Below are positions 44,236 to 52,842 of a DNA stretch of 64,000 bases, piece by piece. The notes below the pieces were generated by a model. That model saw nothing but the letters and a program-made list of their open reading frames with translations. It made no database searches and was not told the origin of the DNA. Position 1 is the stretch's first letter. Every line of letters begins with the position of its first letter. Position numbers and translations under genes: made by a program. Origin of the DNA: Chloroflexota bacterium (lineage in GTDB: Bacteria > Chloroflexota > Dehalococcoidia > Dehalococcoidales > UBA2162); assembly GCA_043804635.1 (NCBI GenBank), contig JAZDIU010000079.1, positions 1,125 through 65,124 of the forward strand, in the 5' to 3' direction.

Positions 44236-44688
44236 ATGGCACGATATAAAGAAACCGACAAATCACGGCGAACCGCAAAAATTATCCAGGGGGTATGCAT
44301 ATTTGCGGTCATCGTTTTTGTGGATATTCTTCGGCGGGGGATTGCACTGGTAACCCCCTGGGATAGCGGAACACTCAATCTTTTGACCGGGGTACTGGCG
44401 GGTGTGGGACTTGTGGATTTAGCGGCGAGCTATTTAGTCCCGCAATGGATGATAAAAGGCTACCGCCAAAAACCTTGGCTGGATAAAGGCCGGTTCTTGA
44501 TTTCCGTCTATATTATCCGCGCCGGACTGCTAGAATCAGTGGCTATTTACGGTCTGGTCTTAGGCATTCTGGGGGTCAGGGTAGAGTTTGTGTTACCGTT
44601 TATCATAGTTTCAGTTGGCGGACTGTTCATTACCTTTCCGACTGATGAAAAATGGAAAGGGATGACAGCAACTATTAACCGACGATAA
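44236..44688 (+). CDS. Hypothetical membrane protein (4 predicted TM)
   Basis: 150 aa with hydrophobic segments. No family recognised. Confidence 0.55.
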   Translation: MARYKETDKSRRTAKIIQGVCIFAVIVFVDILRRGIALVTPWDSGTLNLLTGVLAGVGLVDLAASYLVPQWMIKGYRQKPWLDKGRFLISVYIIRAGLLESVAIYGLVLGILGVRVEFVLPFIIVSVGGLFITFPTDEKWKGMTATINRR

Positions 44689-44701
44689 TAGTTCAGACGC
44701 T

Positions 44702-45892
44702 TTATCTACACACTTCGGCGAGAGAAAGCACCGGCTGATTAACATCATCATCTAGGCGGGGTATAAACGAGCCTTGTTTTTCAAAGTCGAGCATACCTTT
44801 AAACCAGATATAAGGCACTGCCCGCTTGGTGACGACTTTCATCTTCCTGAGTTGCTGAACTGAATAAATGCTATGGTCTCGTCGGGCTTCTATTATTCTC
44901 CTGGCAGAGGTCGGACCGATACCCGGCACGCGGAGAAGCTCTTCATAAGTAGCCCGGTTTACGTCTACGGGAAAAAGCCAAAGCTGCTTCTGGGCAATCA
45001 CCATTTTGGGGTCTTTGGTGAGAGAAAGATTGCCTTCTTTGTTCAGGGTCAATTCCATCTCACCGGCAGAAAATCCGTAAATTCTAAACAGCCAGTCGGC
45101 CTGGTAGAGCCGGTGCTCCCGAATTGGCGGCGTAGCGTGAACCTCTTCGAGACGTGAGTCTCTCACGGGATGGAAGGCGCTGAAATAAGCTCTTCTTAAG
45201 CCGACTTCGCCATAGAGGGCCTCGGTGGAATGGATAATATCACGGTCGGTCTCACCGGCGGCACCAACCACAAACTGGGTGGTCTGTCCGGAAGGAACTA
45301 TGTCCTCATCTTTTGAGGTCAACTGTTTGACCCACTGCATCCGTTCGAGGATGCCGTTATAGAGGTCTTTCTTGTGGCTCAATTTTGCCAGGTGGCGAAC
45401 TGTAGGCGCTTCTATGTTGACGGAGACCCGGTTCGCCAGCTTACAGCCGGCTTCGATAACATCGAATTTTGCTCCCGGCAGAATCTTGAGGTGGATATAC
45501 CCTTTAAACTCGTATTTCTGGCGCAGGATTTCTACAGTGCTGACCATAGACTGCATTGTTGAGGAAGGGTCTTTACCGATACCGGAGCTGAGGAAGAGGC
45601 CCTGCACCAGTCTTTTATGGTGCATTTCCATAAATAGTCTAGCCAGCTCTTCAGGTTGGAAAGCACAGCGGGGAACGTCACGCCCGATTTGATTGACGCA
45701 GTAGGCGCAGTCGTTAACACAGACATTAGTGAGCAGGACTTTGAACAAACAGACGAAGCCGCCGCCAGGGAGAGCAGCTTTATGGATGAAGCGCATCGGG
45801 GAGCGGGGGGACTGCGATTGCAGACGCTGGCTGGCGGGACCCCCGCAGACATCGAACCGGGCGGCGGCGACCAGGGTATCTAACTTATCCAT
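44702..45892 (-). CDS. Putative DNA modification/repair radical SAM protein with C-terminal helix-hairpin-helix
   Basis: CX3CX2C motif CVNDCAYC. C-terminal ELLRVPGIGPTSARRIIEAR HhH motif. Confidence 0.75.
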   Translation of the reverse strand: MDKLDTLVAAARFDVCGGPASQRLQSQSPRSPMRFIHKAALPGGGFVCLFKVLLTNVCVNDCAYCVNQIGRDVPRCAFQPEELARLFMEMHHKRLVQGLFLSSGIGKDPSSTMQSMVSTVEILRQKYEFKGYIHLKILPGAKFDVIEAGCKLANRVSVNIEAPTVRHLAKLSHKKDLYNGILERMQWVKQLTSKDEDIVPSGQTTQFVVGAAGETDRDIIHSTEALYGEVGLRRAYFSAFHPVRDSRLEEVHATPPIREHRLYQADWLFRIYGFSAGEMELTLNKEGNLSLTKDPKMVIAQKQLWLFPVDVNRATYEELLRVPGIGPTSARRIIEARRDHSIYSVQQLRKMKVVTKRAVPYIWFKGMLDFEKQGSFIPRLDDDVNQPVLSLAEVCR

Positions 45893-45991
45893 TTTCCATC
45901 ATTTTACTCTATTCTCAAGCTAAGTCAATAAAAAAACAAAAGCGAAATAAGTTAAATATTCGTTTCGTTCTTGCGTAAAATATTTTTTCCG

Positions 45992-46042
45992 TAGAAACAA
46001 CTAGAGGCTAAATCCTTCTGAAACAGCCTCTAGTTGTTTCTA
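45992..46042 (-). other. Perfect 18-bp stem-loop in the leader between promoter repeat B and the radical SAM gene
   Basis: tagaaacaactagaggct-(15 nt)-agcctctagttgtttcta. On the minus-strand RNA it is followed by CGGAAAAAAUAUUUU. Confidence 0.7.
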
Positions 46043-46085
46043 GAGTTATGTAAAGTATAAGCATAGGGATTTTCGTTATACAATA

Positions 46086-46156
46086 ATAATAGCACTTATG
46101 TTCTAGACTGTCAAGTGAGTTTTGTCGCTTGTTGAAAAAGTTGTAACCTCACCCTC
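46086..46156 (-). promoter_or_regulatory. Promoter-bearing repeat, copy B (TTGACA, 17 nt spacer, TGcTATTAT on the minus strand)
   Basis: -35 at 46114..46109 and -10 at 46091..46086. Its reverse complement aligns with 18323-18393. Confidence 0.6.
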
Positions 46157-46160
46157 TTAA

Positions 46161-46198
46161 TCTCCCTCTCCTTGAGAGATTCGTGAAGGAGAGGGAGA
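46161..46198. repeat. REP-like hairpin (13-bp stem)
   Basis: tctccctctcctt-(12 nt)-aaggagagggaga. Same family as the second hairpin of the elements at 15322-15356 and 18291-18318. Confidence 0.6.
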
Positions 46199-46373
46199 AG
46201 TCTTAAACTCTTCCCATAACCATAACATCGACCTAATAATCTCAAGTTGGGAAGGTAATATCCCACCCAACCCAGATTGCCACGTCGTCCCGATTCATCG
46301 AGATTCATCGCAACGACCGTGGAGGGAAAAGCCTTGCATTTGAGATTGTTTAGTGTTTAGATATTAGTATTCC

Positions 46374-46422
46374 GATTAATGATTTACGATTTAAGATTTA
46401 CGATTTACGAGTTTTGAGGAGC
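46374..46422. repeat. Tandem heptanucleotide repeats (GATTWAY)n abutting the proA SD
   Basis: gattaat|gatttac|gatttaa|gatttac|gatttac|gagtttt|gaggagc, followed by ATG at 46428. Confidence 0.7.
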
Positions 46423-46427
46423 AGAAT

Positions 46428-47702
46428 ATGGATAAAGGTATTGAAGAACTGGAGGGAAAAGGAAGGCAGGCTAAAGCGGCTTCACGCCGCCTGGCTTACC
46501 TTTCCACCGATATTAAGAATAAAGCTCTGGTAAACATTTCTAACGACCTCCTGACTAAGAAAGGCGACATCCTTAGAGCCAACGAAATCGACCTTAAGGA
46601 GGCTAAGGCAGCCGGGATGGATGCGGCTATGCTTGACCGCCTGCTCCTGGACTCGAAACGGCTGGAAGGAATGGCCCGTGACGTGCTGGCGGTCGCGGGA
46701 CTTCCCGACCCCGTAGGTGAATCGTTCGAAAGGCGCACCTTACCCAACGGCTTGCGTATCAGCCGAAAAAGAGTCCCTTTAGGCGTCATCGGCGTAATCT
46801 ATGAGAGCCGGCCCAACGTAACCATAGATATTTCCGTTCTCTGTTTGAAGTCGGGCAACGCCGTTATACTCAGAGGCGGCAAAGAAGCCGTTCACTCTAA
46901 CAGCGCCCTGGTCAAGGTGGTGCAGGAGGCAGCTAACCAGGCAGGCGTGCCGGAAGGAGCCGTGCAGTACATCGAGAATACCGACCGCGCTCTGATTAAT
47001 CATATGCTCGGGATGAACACGATTATCGACCTGCTCATCCCGCGCGGGGGCGCCGGCCTGATTAAATTCGCGGCTGAGAACGCCAGTATGCCGGTGGTCA
47101 CCGGCGGCATCGGCGTCTGCCATACCTACGTGGAAGCTACCGCCGATATCCAAAAAGCTGTGGCGATTGCCTACAATGCCAAGGTCCAGCGACCTACCGT
47201 CTGTAATGCACTAGACTGCCTGCTGGTCCATCAAGGAATTGCCGGGGAATATTTACCGGCGATTGCCACCGAGTGGACTAAAGCCGGGGTGGAGATGCAC
47301 TGCGACGGGCGGGCTTTATCGATACTCAGACAATACCCCGACTTTAAGATGTGCCCGGCTACTGACGAAGACTGGGGCAAGGAATTCCTGGCCCTGGTTG
47401 CCGCCGTTAAAGTGGTCGATTCTCTGGATGAAGCACTGGCACACATCGAACGCTACGGCTCAGGACACTCCGAGGCGATTGTCACCGAGGACCGGACTTC
47501 AGCTAAACGCTTCCTGAACGAAGTAGATGCCGCCTGCGTTTACGTCAATGCCAGCACCCGCTTCACCGATGGCGGTCAATTCGGACTGGGAGCGGAAGTG
47601 GGTATCAGCACACAGAAACTGCACGCCCGTGGTCCGATGGGACTTAAGGAGCTGACGAGTTATAAGTGGATTATACGGGGGACAGGGCAGGTAAGACCCT
47701 GA
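46428..47702 (+). CDS. proA: Gamma-glutamyl phosphate reductase
   Basis: 424 aa aldehyde-dehydrogenase fold. Contains ...VIYESRPNVT..., ...CNALDCLLVH..., ...GSGHSEAIVT... Confidence 0.92.
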   Translation: MDKGIEELEGKGRQAKAASRRLAYLSTDIKNKALVNISNDLLTKKGDILRANEIDLKEAKAAGMDAAMLDRLLLDSKRLEGMARDVLAVAGLPDPVGESFERRTLPNGLRISRKRVPLGVIGVIYESRPNVTIDISVLCLKSGNAVILRGGKEAVHSNSALVKVVQEAANQAGVPEGAVQYIENTDRALINHMLGMNTIIDLLIPRGGAGLIKFAAENASMPVVTGGIGVCHTYVEATADIQKAVAIAYNAKVQRPTVCNALDCLLVHQGIAGEYLPAIATEWTKAGVEMHCDGRALSILRQYPDFKMCPATDEDWGKEFLALVAAVKVVDSLDEALAHIERYGSGHSEAIVTEDRTSAKRFLNEVDAACVYVNASTRFTDGGQFGLGAEVGISTQKLHARGPMGLKELTSYKWIIRGTGQVRP

Positions 47703-47713
47703 GGAAAAATTCA

Positions 47714-47748
47714 GATTTATGATTTATGAAATAAGATTTACGAATCCA
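47714..47748. repeat. Tandem heptanucleotide repeats downstream of proA
   Basis: gatttat|gatttat|gaaataa|gatttac|gaatcca. Confidence 0.6.
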
Positions 47749-47791
47749 TCAATCTTAAAATCAAAGCTCTCAGTATTGGATGGTACTTGGG

Positions 47792-48526
47792 CTAGGTTTT
47801 TATCTTGATACCCTCGAGAGTGGCACGCTGGACTTCGAATAGTTCTTTGATGCCTTTTTCGGCTAATGAAAGTAAGGCATCAACGGTTTCTTTGCTGAAA
47901 GGTTTGCCTTCTGCCGTGCCCTGGACTTCGACGAATTTCCCTTCGCTGGTCATAACTACATTAAAATCGACTTCGGCGGTGCAGTCTTCGTCATAACAGA
48001 GGTCCAATAATTTATAACTCTGCACTATGCCCACGCTGGTAGCAGCAATGGCACCTTTCAACGGAATGGAGGATATCACTCCCATATTAGTCAGGGTCTG
48101 AAGTGCCTGCCTCAGAGCTACGTAGCCGCCGGTAATTGCCGCAGTTCTCGTGCCGCCATCCGCCTGAAGAACGTCGCAGTCCACGATGAGGGTCCTTTCA
48201 CCGAGAGCTTTGAAATCGACCACTGCCCTGAGCGACCGCCCGATAAGGCGCTGGATTTCTTGGTTTCTACCGCCGACTCTACCCAGTGATGAGTCGCGGG
48301 GGTTGCGGGTGAGAGTAGCCCTAGGCAACATCGAGTATTCAGCCGTAATCCAGCCAGTCCCACCGCCTTTAAGAAAGGGGGGCACCCGGTCTTCCACACT
48401 TACCGAGCAGACTACCCTTGTCTTGCCCAGCTCGATTAGCGCCGAGCCTTCGGCAAAAGTCTGGAACCCGGTTGTAATCCGCACCGGTCTCAGTTCATCC
48501 CAGGCACGCCCATCAACGCGCTTCAT
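47792..48526 (-). CDS. rph: Ribonuclease PH
   Basis: 244 aa. [15 protein letters not shown]..., [31 protein letters not shown]. Confidence 0.93.
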   Translation of the reverse strand: MKRVDGRAWDELRPVRITTGFQTFAEGSALIELGKTRVVCSVSVEDRVPPFLKGGGTGWITAEYSMLPRATLTRNPRDSSLGRVGGRNQEIQRLIGRSLRAVVDFKALGERTLIVDCDVLQADGGTRTAAITGGYVALRQALQTLTNMGVISSIPLKGAIAATSVGIVQSYKLLDLCYDEDCTAEVDFNVVMTSEGKFVEVQGTAEGKPFSKETVDALLSLAEKGIKELFEVQRATLEGIKIKT

Positions 48527-48605
48527 TCAAAATCCACCTTATTAAGAAGTATGGAAAGTATAACATTGATTCAACCAGTAAGCAATTTAATCGTGGCTAG
48601 ATTTT

Positions 48606-48791
48606 TTATTCGATTTTGCCCCGTTGTCCGGCAGCGAAAGCAACACTGATTAAAACAAGAATCATGCTTATAGTTAGCCAGAACATATAAGGCAGGTCTT
48701 TAACCGCCGGAACTATTTCGAGTGCGGTAAGGACCCCCATTACCGCACTTAAGAAACCCAAGGTACCAATAATCCAGGCTAACATTCCCAT
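48606..48791 (-). CDS. Small two-TM membrane protein (61 aa)
   Basis: GGGGGAG SD and two hydrophobic helices. No family recognised. Confidence 0.55.
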   Translation of the reverse strand: MGMLAWIIGTLGFLSAVMGVLTALEIVPAVKDLPYMFWLTISMILVLISVAFAAGQRGKIE

Positions 48792-48863
48792 AATTCTCCC
48801 CCTTTTACTATTCAGGTTTATCTTCGCTTTATTTTAATCCTTAACTTCTTTATAATCAATGAT

Positions 48864-50006
48864 GTGACCGACCAACAAAAAATAAACTCCTTCGATATCG
48901 GGCCTTACCGGCCGCCGAGTGAGGCTTATTCTTTGCTTATCCGGGCAACAATTAACTGCCCCTGGAACCGGTGCCGGTTTTGTAATATGTACAAGGGAGC
49001 AAAATTCCAACTCCGGACGGTCGATGAAATCAAGCAGGATATCGAACAGGCGAAAACGATTCAAGACAAAATAGTCGAGCTGGCACGTGACTCAGGCGGG
49101 AGTATTGAGGAAGCCGCGGCGGCTGTGCTCAGAAGCTCTACCAGTCATTCTATCGGCAATGTTGCCCTCTGGCTTTACGGCGGTGGCGAGAACGCTTTCC
49201 TTCAGGACGCCAATAGCCTGGTTATGCGAACCGTTGAGTTAGCCGATATAATAAGATTTCTTCGCACAACCCTGCCTACCATTAAAAGGGTAACCAGCTA
49301 TGGCCGGTCGAAGACAGCGGCTAAGAAAACACCGGAAGAAATGGCTGAACTGAAGGAGGCGGGTTTATCCCGTATTCACATCGGGCTGGAAACCGGCTAC
49401 GACCCCCTGCTGGAATATATGGATAAGGGAGTTACTGCTACAGAAGAAATTGCTGGCGGCAGAAGAGTGGTGGAATCGGGCATATCTTTATGCGAATATG
49501 TCCTGCTTGGGCTGGGTGGTAAGAAAATGTGGCGGGAGCATGCTATCGAAACGGCGAGGGTACTTAACGAAATAAACCCCGATTTTATCAGGATAAGGAC
49601 TCTGCGACTTAATAGCCGCATCCCTTTGCTGGACGAAATAGAAAAAGGTAATTTTACCCGTCTGACCGACGAAGAAACTGTGGAAGAAGAGAGACTGCTG
49701 ATTGAAAACCTGGAATGCACCTCGAACTTCGTAAGCGACCATATTTCTAACCTGCTCCAGGAAGTCGAGGGCAAACTTCCCGAAGATAAGGGGAAAATGC
49801 TGGCAATTATCGATGAGTTCCGAGCGTTGTCGCCCGAAGAGAAGATTAATTTTAGAGTCGGCCGCCGGATGGGAATATACGTGAGATTAGACGATTTACA
49901 AAATCCGGGTAAGCGCCAGTCAGTCAATGATGTGTTACAGAGGCTTAAGCGGGCCGGACGGCAGATAGATGAAGCGATAGATACACTGGTGGAGGGATAT
50001 TTATGA
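48864..50006 (+). CDS. Radical SAM protein with a non-canonical CX4CX2C cluster motif
   Basis: INCPWNRCRFCNMY. GTG start 7 nt after a TATAAT box (48851-48856) with no SD, so the start is uncertain and the mRNA may be leaderless. Confidence 0.75.
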   Translation: MTDQQKINSFDIGPYRPPSEAYSLLIRATINCPWNRCRFCNMYKGAKFQLRTVDEIKQDIEQAKTIQDKIVELARDSGGSIEEAAAAVLRSSTSHSIGNVALWLYGGGENAFLQDANSLVMRTVELADIIRFLRTTLPTIKRVTSYGRSKTAAKKTPEEMAELKEAGLSRIHIGLETGYDPLLEYMDKGVTATEEIAGGRRVVESGISLCEYVLLGLGGKKMWREHAIETARVLNEINPDFIRIRTLRLNSRIPLLDEIEKGNFTRLTDEETVEEERLLIENLECTSNFVSDHISNLLQEVEGKLPEDKGKMLAIIDEFRALSPEEKINFRVGRRMGIYVRLDDLQNPGKRQSVNDVLQRLKRAGRQIDEAIDTLVEGYL

Positions 50007-50479
50007 GTCTGGAACAGGAAGTCGGCTTTATGCTCCATCAAAAAAAGCTGACCTTTGGCACAGTTGAGTCAGCCAGCGGCGGGCTCATCTCTCACCTCAT
50101 CACTAACGTCGCCGGCTGTTCCTGTTATTTTAAAGGCTCGATTATCGCTTATAGTAATGAAATTAAAATCAATGTAGTCGGTGTAAAAGAAGCTACCATC
50201 GATAAATATGGAGCGGTTAGCGCTCCTGTGGTTAAGGAAATGGCGGCCGGCGGAAGGAAGGTTTTGGGCGTTGATATTTGCCTGGCTGATACCGGCATTG
50301 CCGGACCTACCGGCGCCACCCCGGGGAAGCCTCTCGGGCTGTTTTATATCGGGATGTCACACGAAGACGGCACGTATAGCTGGAGACATATTTTCAAAGG
50401 CGACCGCGAGCAAAATAAAATGGCAGCTGCCACGGCTGCGCTAAAATGGCTCAAAGAATATCTAACAAGCGTAAAGTAA
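50003..50479 (+). CDS. CinA C-terminal-domain protein (PncC-type nicotinamide-nucleotide amidohydrolase)
   Basis: 158 aa. TVESASGGLISHLITNV...IAYSNE.K...GV....I..YGAVS. ATGA overlap with the radical SAM gene. Confidence 0.8.
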   Translation: MSLEQEVGFMLHQKKLTFGTVESASGGLISHLITNVAGCSCYFKGSIIAYSNEIKINVVGVKEATIDKYGAVSAPVVKEMAAGGRKVLGVDICLADTGIAGPTGATPGKPLGLFYIGMSHEDGTYSWRHIFKGDREQNKMAAATAALKWLKEYLTSVK

Positions 50480-50480
50480 A

Positions 50481-50825
50481 ATGCAGCAATACCGTGAAGT
50501 TACCAGTAGAGACTGGCTAAAAGCGTTCATCAATATCCTCTTGTTTGTGGCTTTGTTGGTATACGGCGCCATAGTTTTAGCCCAACGATGGTGGCCTATC
50601 GGATTTATTATCTGGCTGGTGGTGATAGTCGGCGGGGGGACTTATTCATTCGTTAGATGGCATGCCAGGAATTTCGCCTACCAGTGTCCCAATTGCGAAA
50701 ATGAATTTGAAATTTCCACGGGTACCGATTTTGTCACACCCAACGGTTTTACCCGTAAATATCTGAAGTGTCCCAAATGTAACCAGCGAGCCTGGATGAA
50801 GACACTAAAGAAGGAGGGAATATGA
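50481..50825 (+). CDS. Membrane-anchored zinc-ribbon protein (2 TM plus CPNC...CPKC)
   Basis: 114 aa. It starts 1 nt after the upstream stop, and its own stop overlaps the next ATG (ATGA). Confidence 0.6.
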   Translation: MQQYREVTSRDWLKAFINILLFVALLVYGAIVLAQRWWPIGFIIWLVVIVGGGTYSFVRWHARNFAYQCPNCENEFEISTGTDFVTPNGFTRKYLKCPKCNQRAWMKTLKKEGI

Positions 50826-51493
50826 ACACCGAATGCGCCAAATGTAATAAGACAGTGTGCTACACCGAGCGTTTCCTCGAAGGACCGGATAATTGCCCGA
50901 CGAAGGTCAAGAATGACGTTATCAAGCAAGCCTGGCGGGAGTATGAAAAACCCGAAGTAAATGAGTTCGCCCGGCAGGCTTCCGTCCAGGAATTCGAATG
51001 CTATATGAACCTGCCCGAAGGCAGAACACCTAGGCTCCCCCGAGTCGAGGAGATTGTTCAGTTCAGCCGGAAAATGAAATATCATAAGCTGGGAGTTGCT
51101 TCCTGTCTGGGACTCAAGAGCGAGGCTGAAATGTTAAACCGGATTCTGGAAAATAGAGGCTTTGAGGTCGTTTCCGTATGTTGCAAGGTGGGAGCCATCC
51201 CCAAGGAGCAGCTTGGTCTTCGCAAGGACCAGAAAATCGCCGGACCCGATATCTACGAGTCGATGTGTAATCCCATCTCTCAGGCGATGATTTTGAACGA
51301 TGCCGGGGTCGATTTTAATATACTACTGGGGTTGTGTGTGGGGCACGATTCTCTGTTTATCAAATACGCCAAGGCACCGATTACCGTCCTGGTGGCTAAA
51401 GACAGGGTGCTAGGTCATAACCCTGTAGCCGGTTTATACCTGGCGAACTCTTATTATCGAAAGCTGCTGAGGAAAGAGAGCAAGAGCGACTGA
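50822..51493 (+). CDS. DUF1847-family metal-binding protein
   Basis: 223 aa. N-terminal CAKCNKTVCYTE...CP. My recollection of DUF1847 is moderate. Confidence 0.55.
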   Translation: MNTECAKCNKTVCYTERFLEGPDNCPTKVKNDVIKQAWREYEKPEVNEFARQASVQEFECYMNLPEGRTPRLPRVEEIVQFSRKMKYHKLGVASCLGLKSEAEMLNRILENRGFEVVSVCCKVGAIPKEQLGLRKDQKIAGPDIYESMCNPISQAMILNDAGVDFNILLGLCVGHDSLFIKYAKAPITVLVAKDRVLGHNPVAGLYLANSYYRKLLRKESKSD

Positions 51494-51499
51494 TTTCTT

Positions 51500-51889
51500 C
51501 TATTTAGGTCGTTCCAGTAACTCGACCACTACGTTGTCCTGAGCAACGAAGTGCGAAATCTTGACCCCCGATGCACCCTGTGTAATTTCTCGCAGGAATT
51601 TTACGCCGGCTTTTTTCAAATCGGCCACGGCGGCTTCTATGTTGTCGGTTCTCAACCCGTAATGTTCTAGGACTGGGATAGTCTTACCATCGCTGGTGGG
51701 TACCGGCATCGGGTTTGTAGTCGATACTACGAACCTTGTTCCATTCAGGTCCATAGTGATAAGCATGCGCCCGCCAGGCAGCTCACGTTTATCAACGGTA
51801 CGGGCACCGAACATCTTTTCATAGTATTCTGCAGTAGCTGCGGGAGCGGAACCGCTCAGATGAACGTGGTCGAACCAGTATTTGGGCAT
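51500..51889 (-). CDS. VOC (glyoxalase/bleomycin-resistance/dioxygenase) family protein
   Basis: 129 aa. FDHVHLSG...YYEKMFGA... beta-alpha-beta-beta-beta pattern. Confidence 0.7.
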   Translation of the reverse strand: MPKYWFDHVHLSGSAPAATAEYYEKMFGARTVDKRELPGGRMLITMDLNGTRFVVSTTNPMPVPTSDGKTIPVLEHYGLRTDNIEAAVADLKKAGVKFLREITQGASGVKISHFVAQDNVVVELLERPK

Positions 51890-51960
51890 TTTATACCTCC
51901 TCGAATTCTATTAATCCGGGCACTATCATATTACAATAGTCCCGATAAGACAAGACAAAT

Positions 51961-51989
51961 ATATGAGGGGGCATTTAGCCCCCTCATAT
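51961..51989 (-). terminator. Terminator hairpin after the SDR operon
   Basis: atatgagggggc-attta-gccccctcatat (12-bp stem). The minus-strand RNA is followed by AUUUGUCUU. Confidence 0.55.
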
Positions 51990-52027
51990 TCCACATTATC
52001 AGGGTTAATCCAACCAAACCAAAAACA

Positions 52028-52837
52028 CTACTCAGCAGGTCCTTTGGGTTGTGGCGGTGGTCCTACCAGAGCTCCACCATCGACGATAACCGTGATTCCG
52101 GTAACGAAGCTGGCGGCATCCGACGCCAGGTAGAGACAGGCACCGACTAAATCTTCCGGCTCTCCAAGGCGGTGTAAAGGTGTCCGGTTTATAGCGGCTT
52201 GACCCGCTTCCGGCGACCTCCAGAGCATTTCACTAAGCCGGGTCTTAATTGTCCCGGGAGCGATAGCGTTAGCCCTGATATTATACTGTCCCCATTCTCT
52301 AGCCATCGACTGGGTTAACATTATTACCCCGGCCTTGCTGATGCCGTAAATCTGCAAGTTGCTGGGTCTTAATCCACCGACCGAGGCAGTATTAATAATG
52401 CTGCCACCCTTGCCCTGCTTCACCATAACCTTTGCCACCATCTGTCCCAGCCAGAAGATACTTCTCAGGTTAACATTCATATCGGTCTCCCAGAGAAAAT
52501 CTTCGGCGTCGATGAGCGGGGAGACGGCGGGGTTGGTGCCGGCATTGTTCATCAGGATATCGATGTGTCCGAATTCGGCTACTACCTTGTCGACCAGATT
52601 CTTCAGTTCATCTTTCTTAGCCACGTGGGCGGCGATTGGAAAAGCTTTCCTACCTTTGGCTTTGATTTCCTCAGCTACTTTTTCCAATTCAGGAAGTTTT
52701 CGTGAGGCGAGGGCAACGTCTGCCCCAGCATCGGCAAATCCCAGAGCAACTGCCCGGCCGATGCCCCGGCCACCACCGGTGACGAGTGCTACCTTACCCT
52801 CCAGAGAAAACATTTTGGCTATTTTAGCTGTATCCAT
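52028..52837 (-). CDS. Short-chain dehydrogenase/reductase (SDR)
   Basis: Trimmed to ATG 52837 (MDTAKIAKMF...). TGGGRGIGRA, NNAG, and a Y...K catalytic pair (YGISKAG). Confidence 0.85.
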   Translation of the reverse strand: MDTAKIAKMFSLEGKVALVTGGGRGIGRAVALGFADAGADVALASRKLPELEKVAEEIKAKGRKAFPIAAHVAKKDELKNLVDKVVAEFGHIDILMNNAGTNPAVSPLIDAEDFLWETDMNVNLRSIFWLGQMVAKVMVKQGKGGSIINTASVGGLRPSNLQIYGISKAGVIMLTQSMAREWGQYNIRANAIAPGTIKTRLSEMLWRSPEAGQAAINRTPLHRLGEPEDLVGACLYLASDAASFVTGITVIVDGGALVGPPPQPKGPAE

Positions 52838-52842
52838 CTCTT

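Noticed and set aside
18321-46156. The 27.7-kb segment bounded by the inverted promoter repeats as a mobile element or invertible segment
   Set aside because: The content is core housekeeping (dapA/asd/dapB, pnp, rpsO, tRNA, clpC, ychF, hdr/metF). There is no integrase, transposase or recombinase and there are no target-site duplications. The repeats are better explained as members of a dispersed small-element family.
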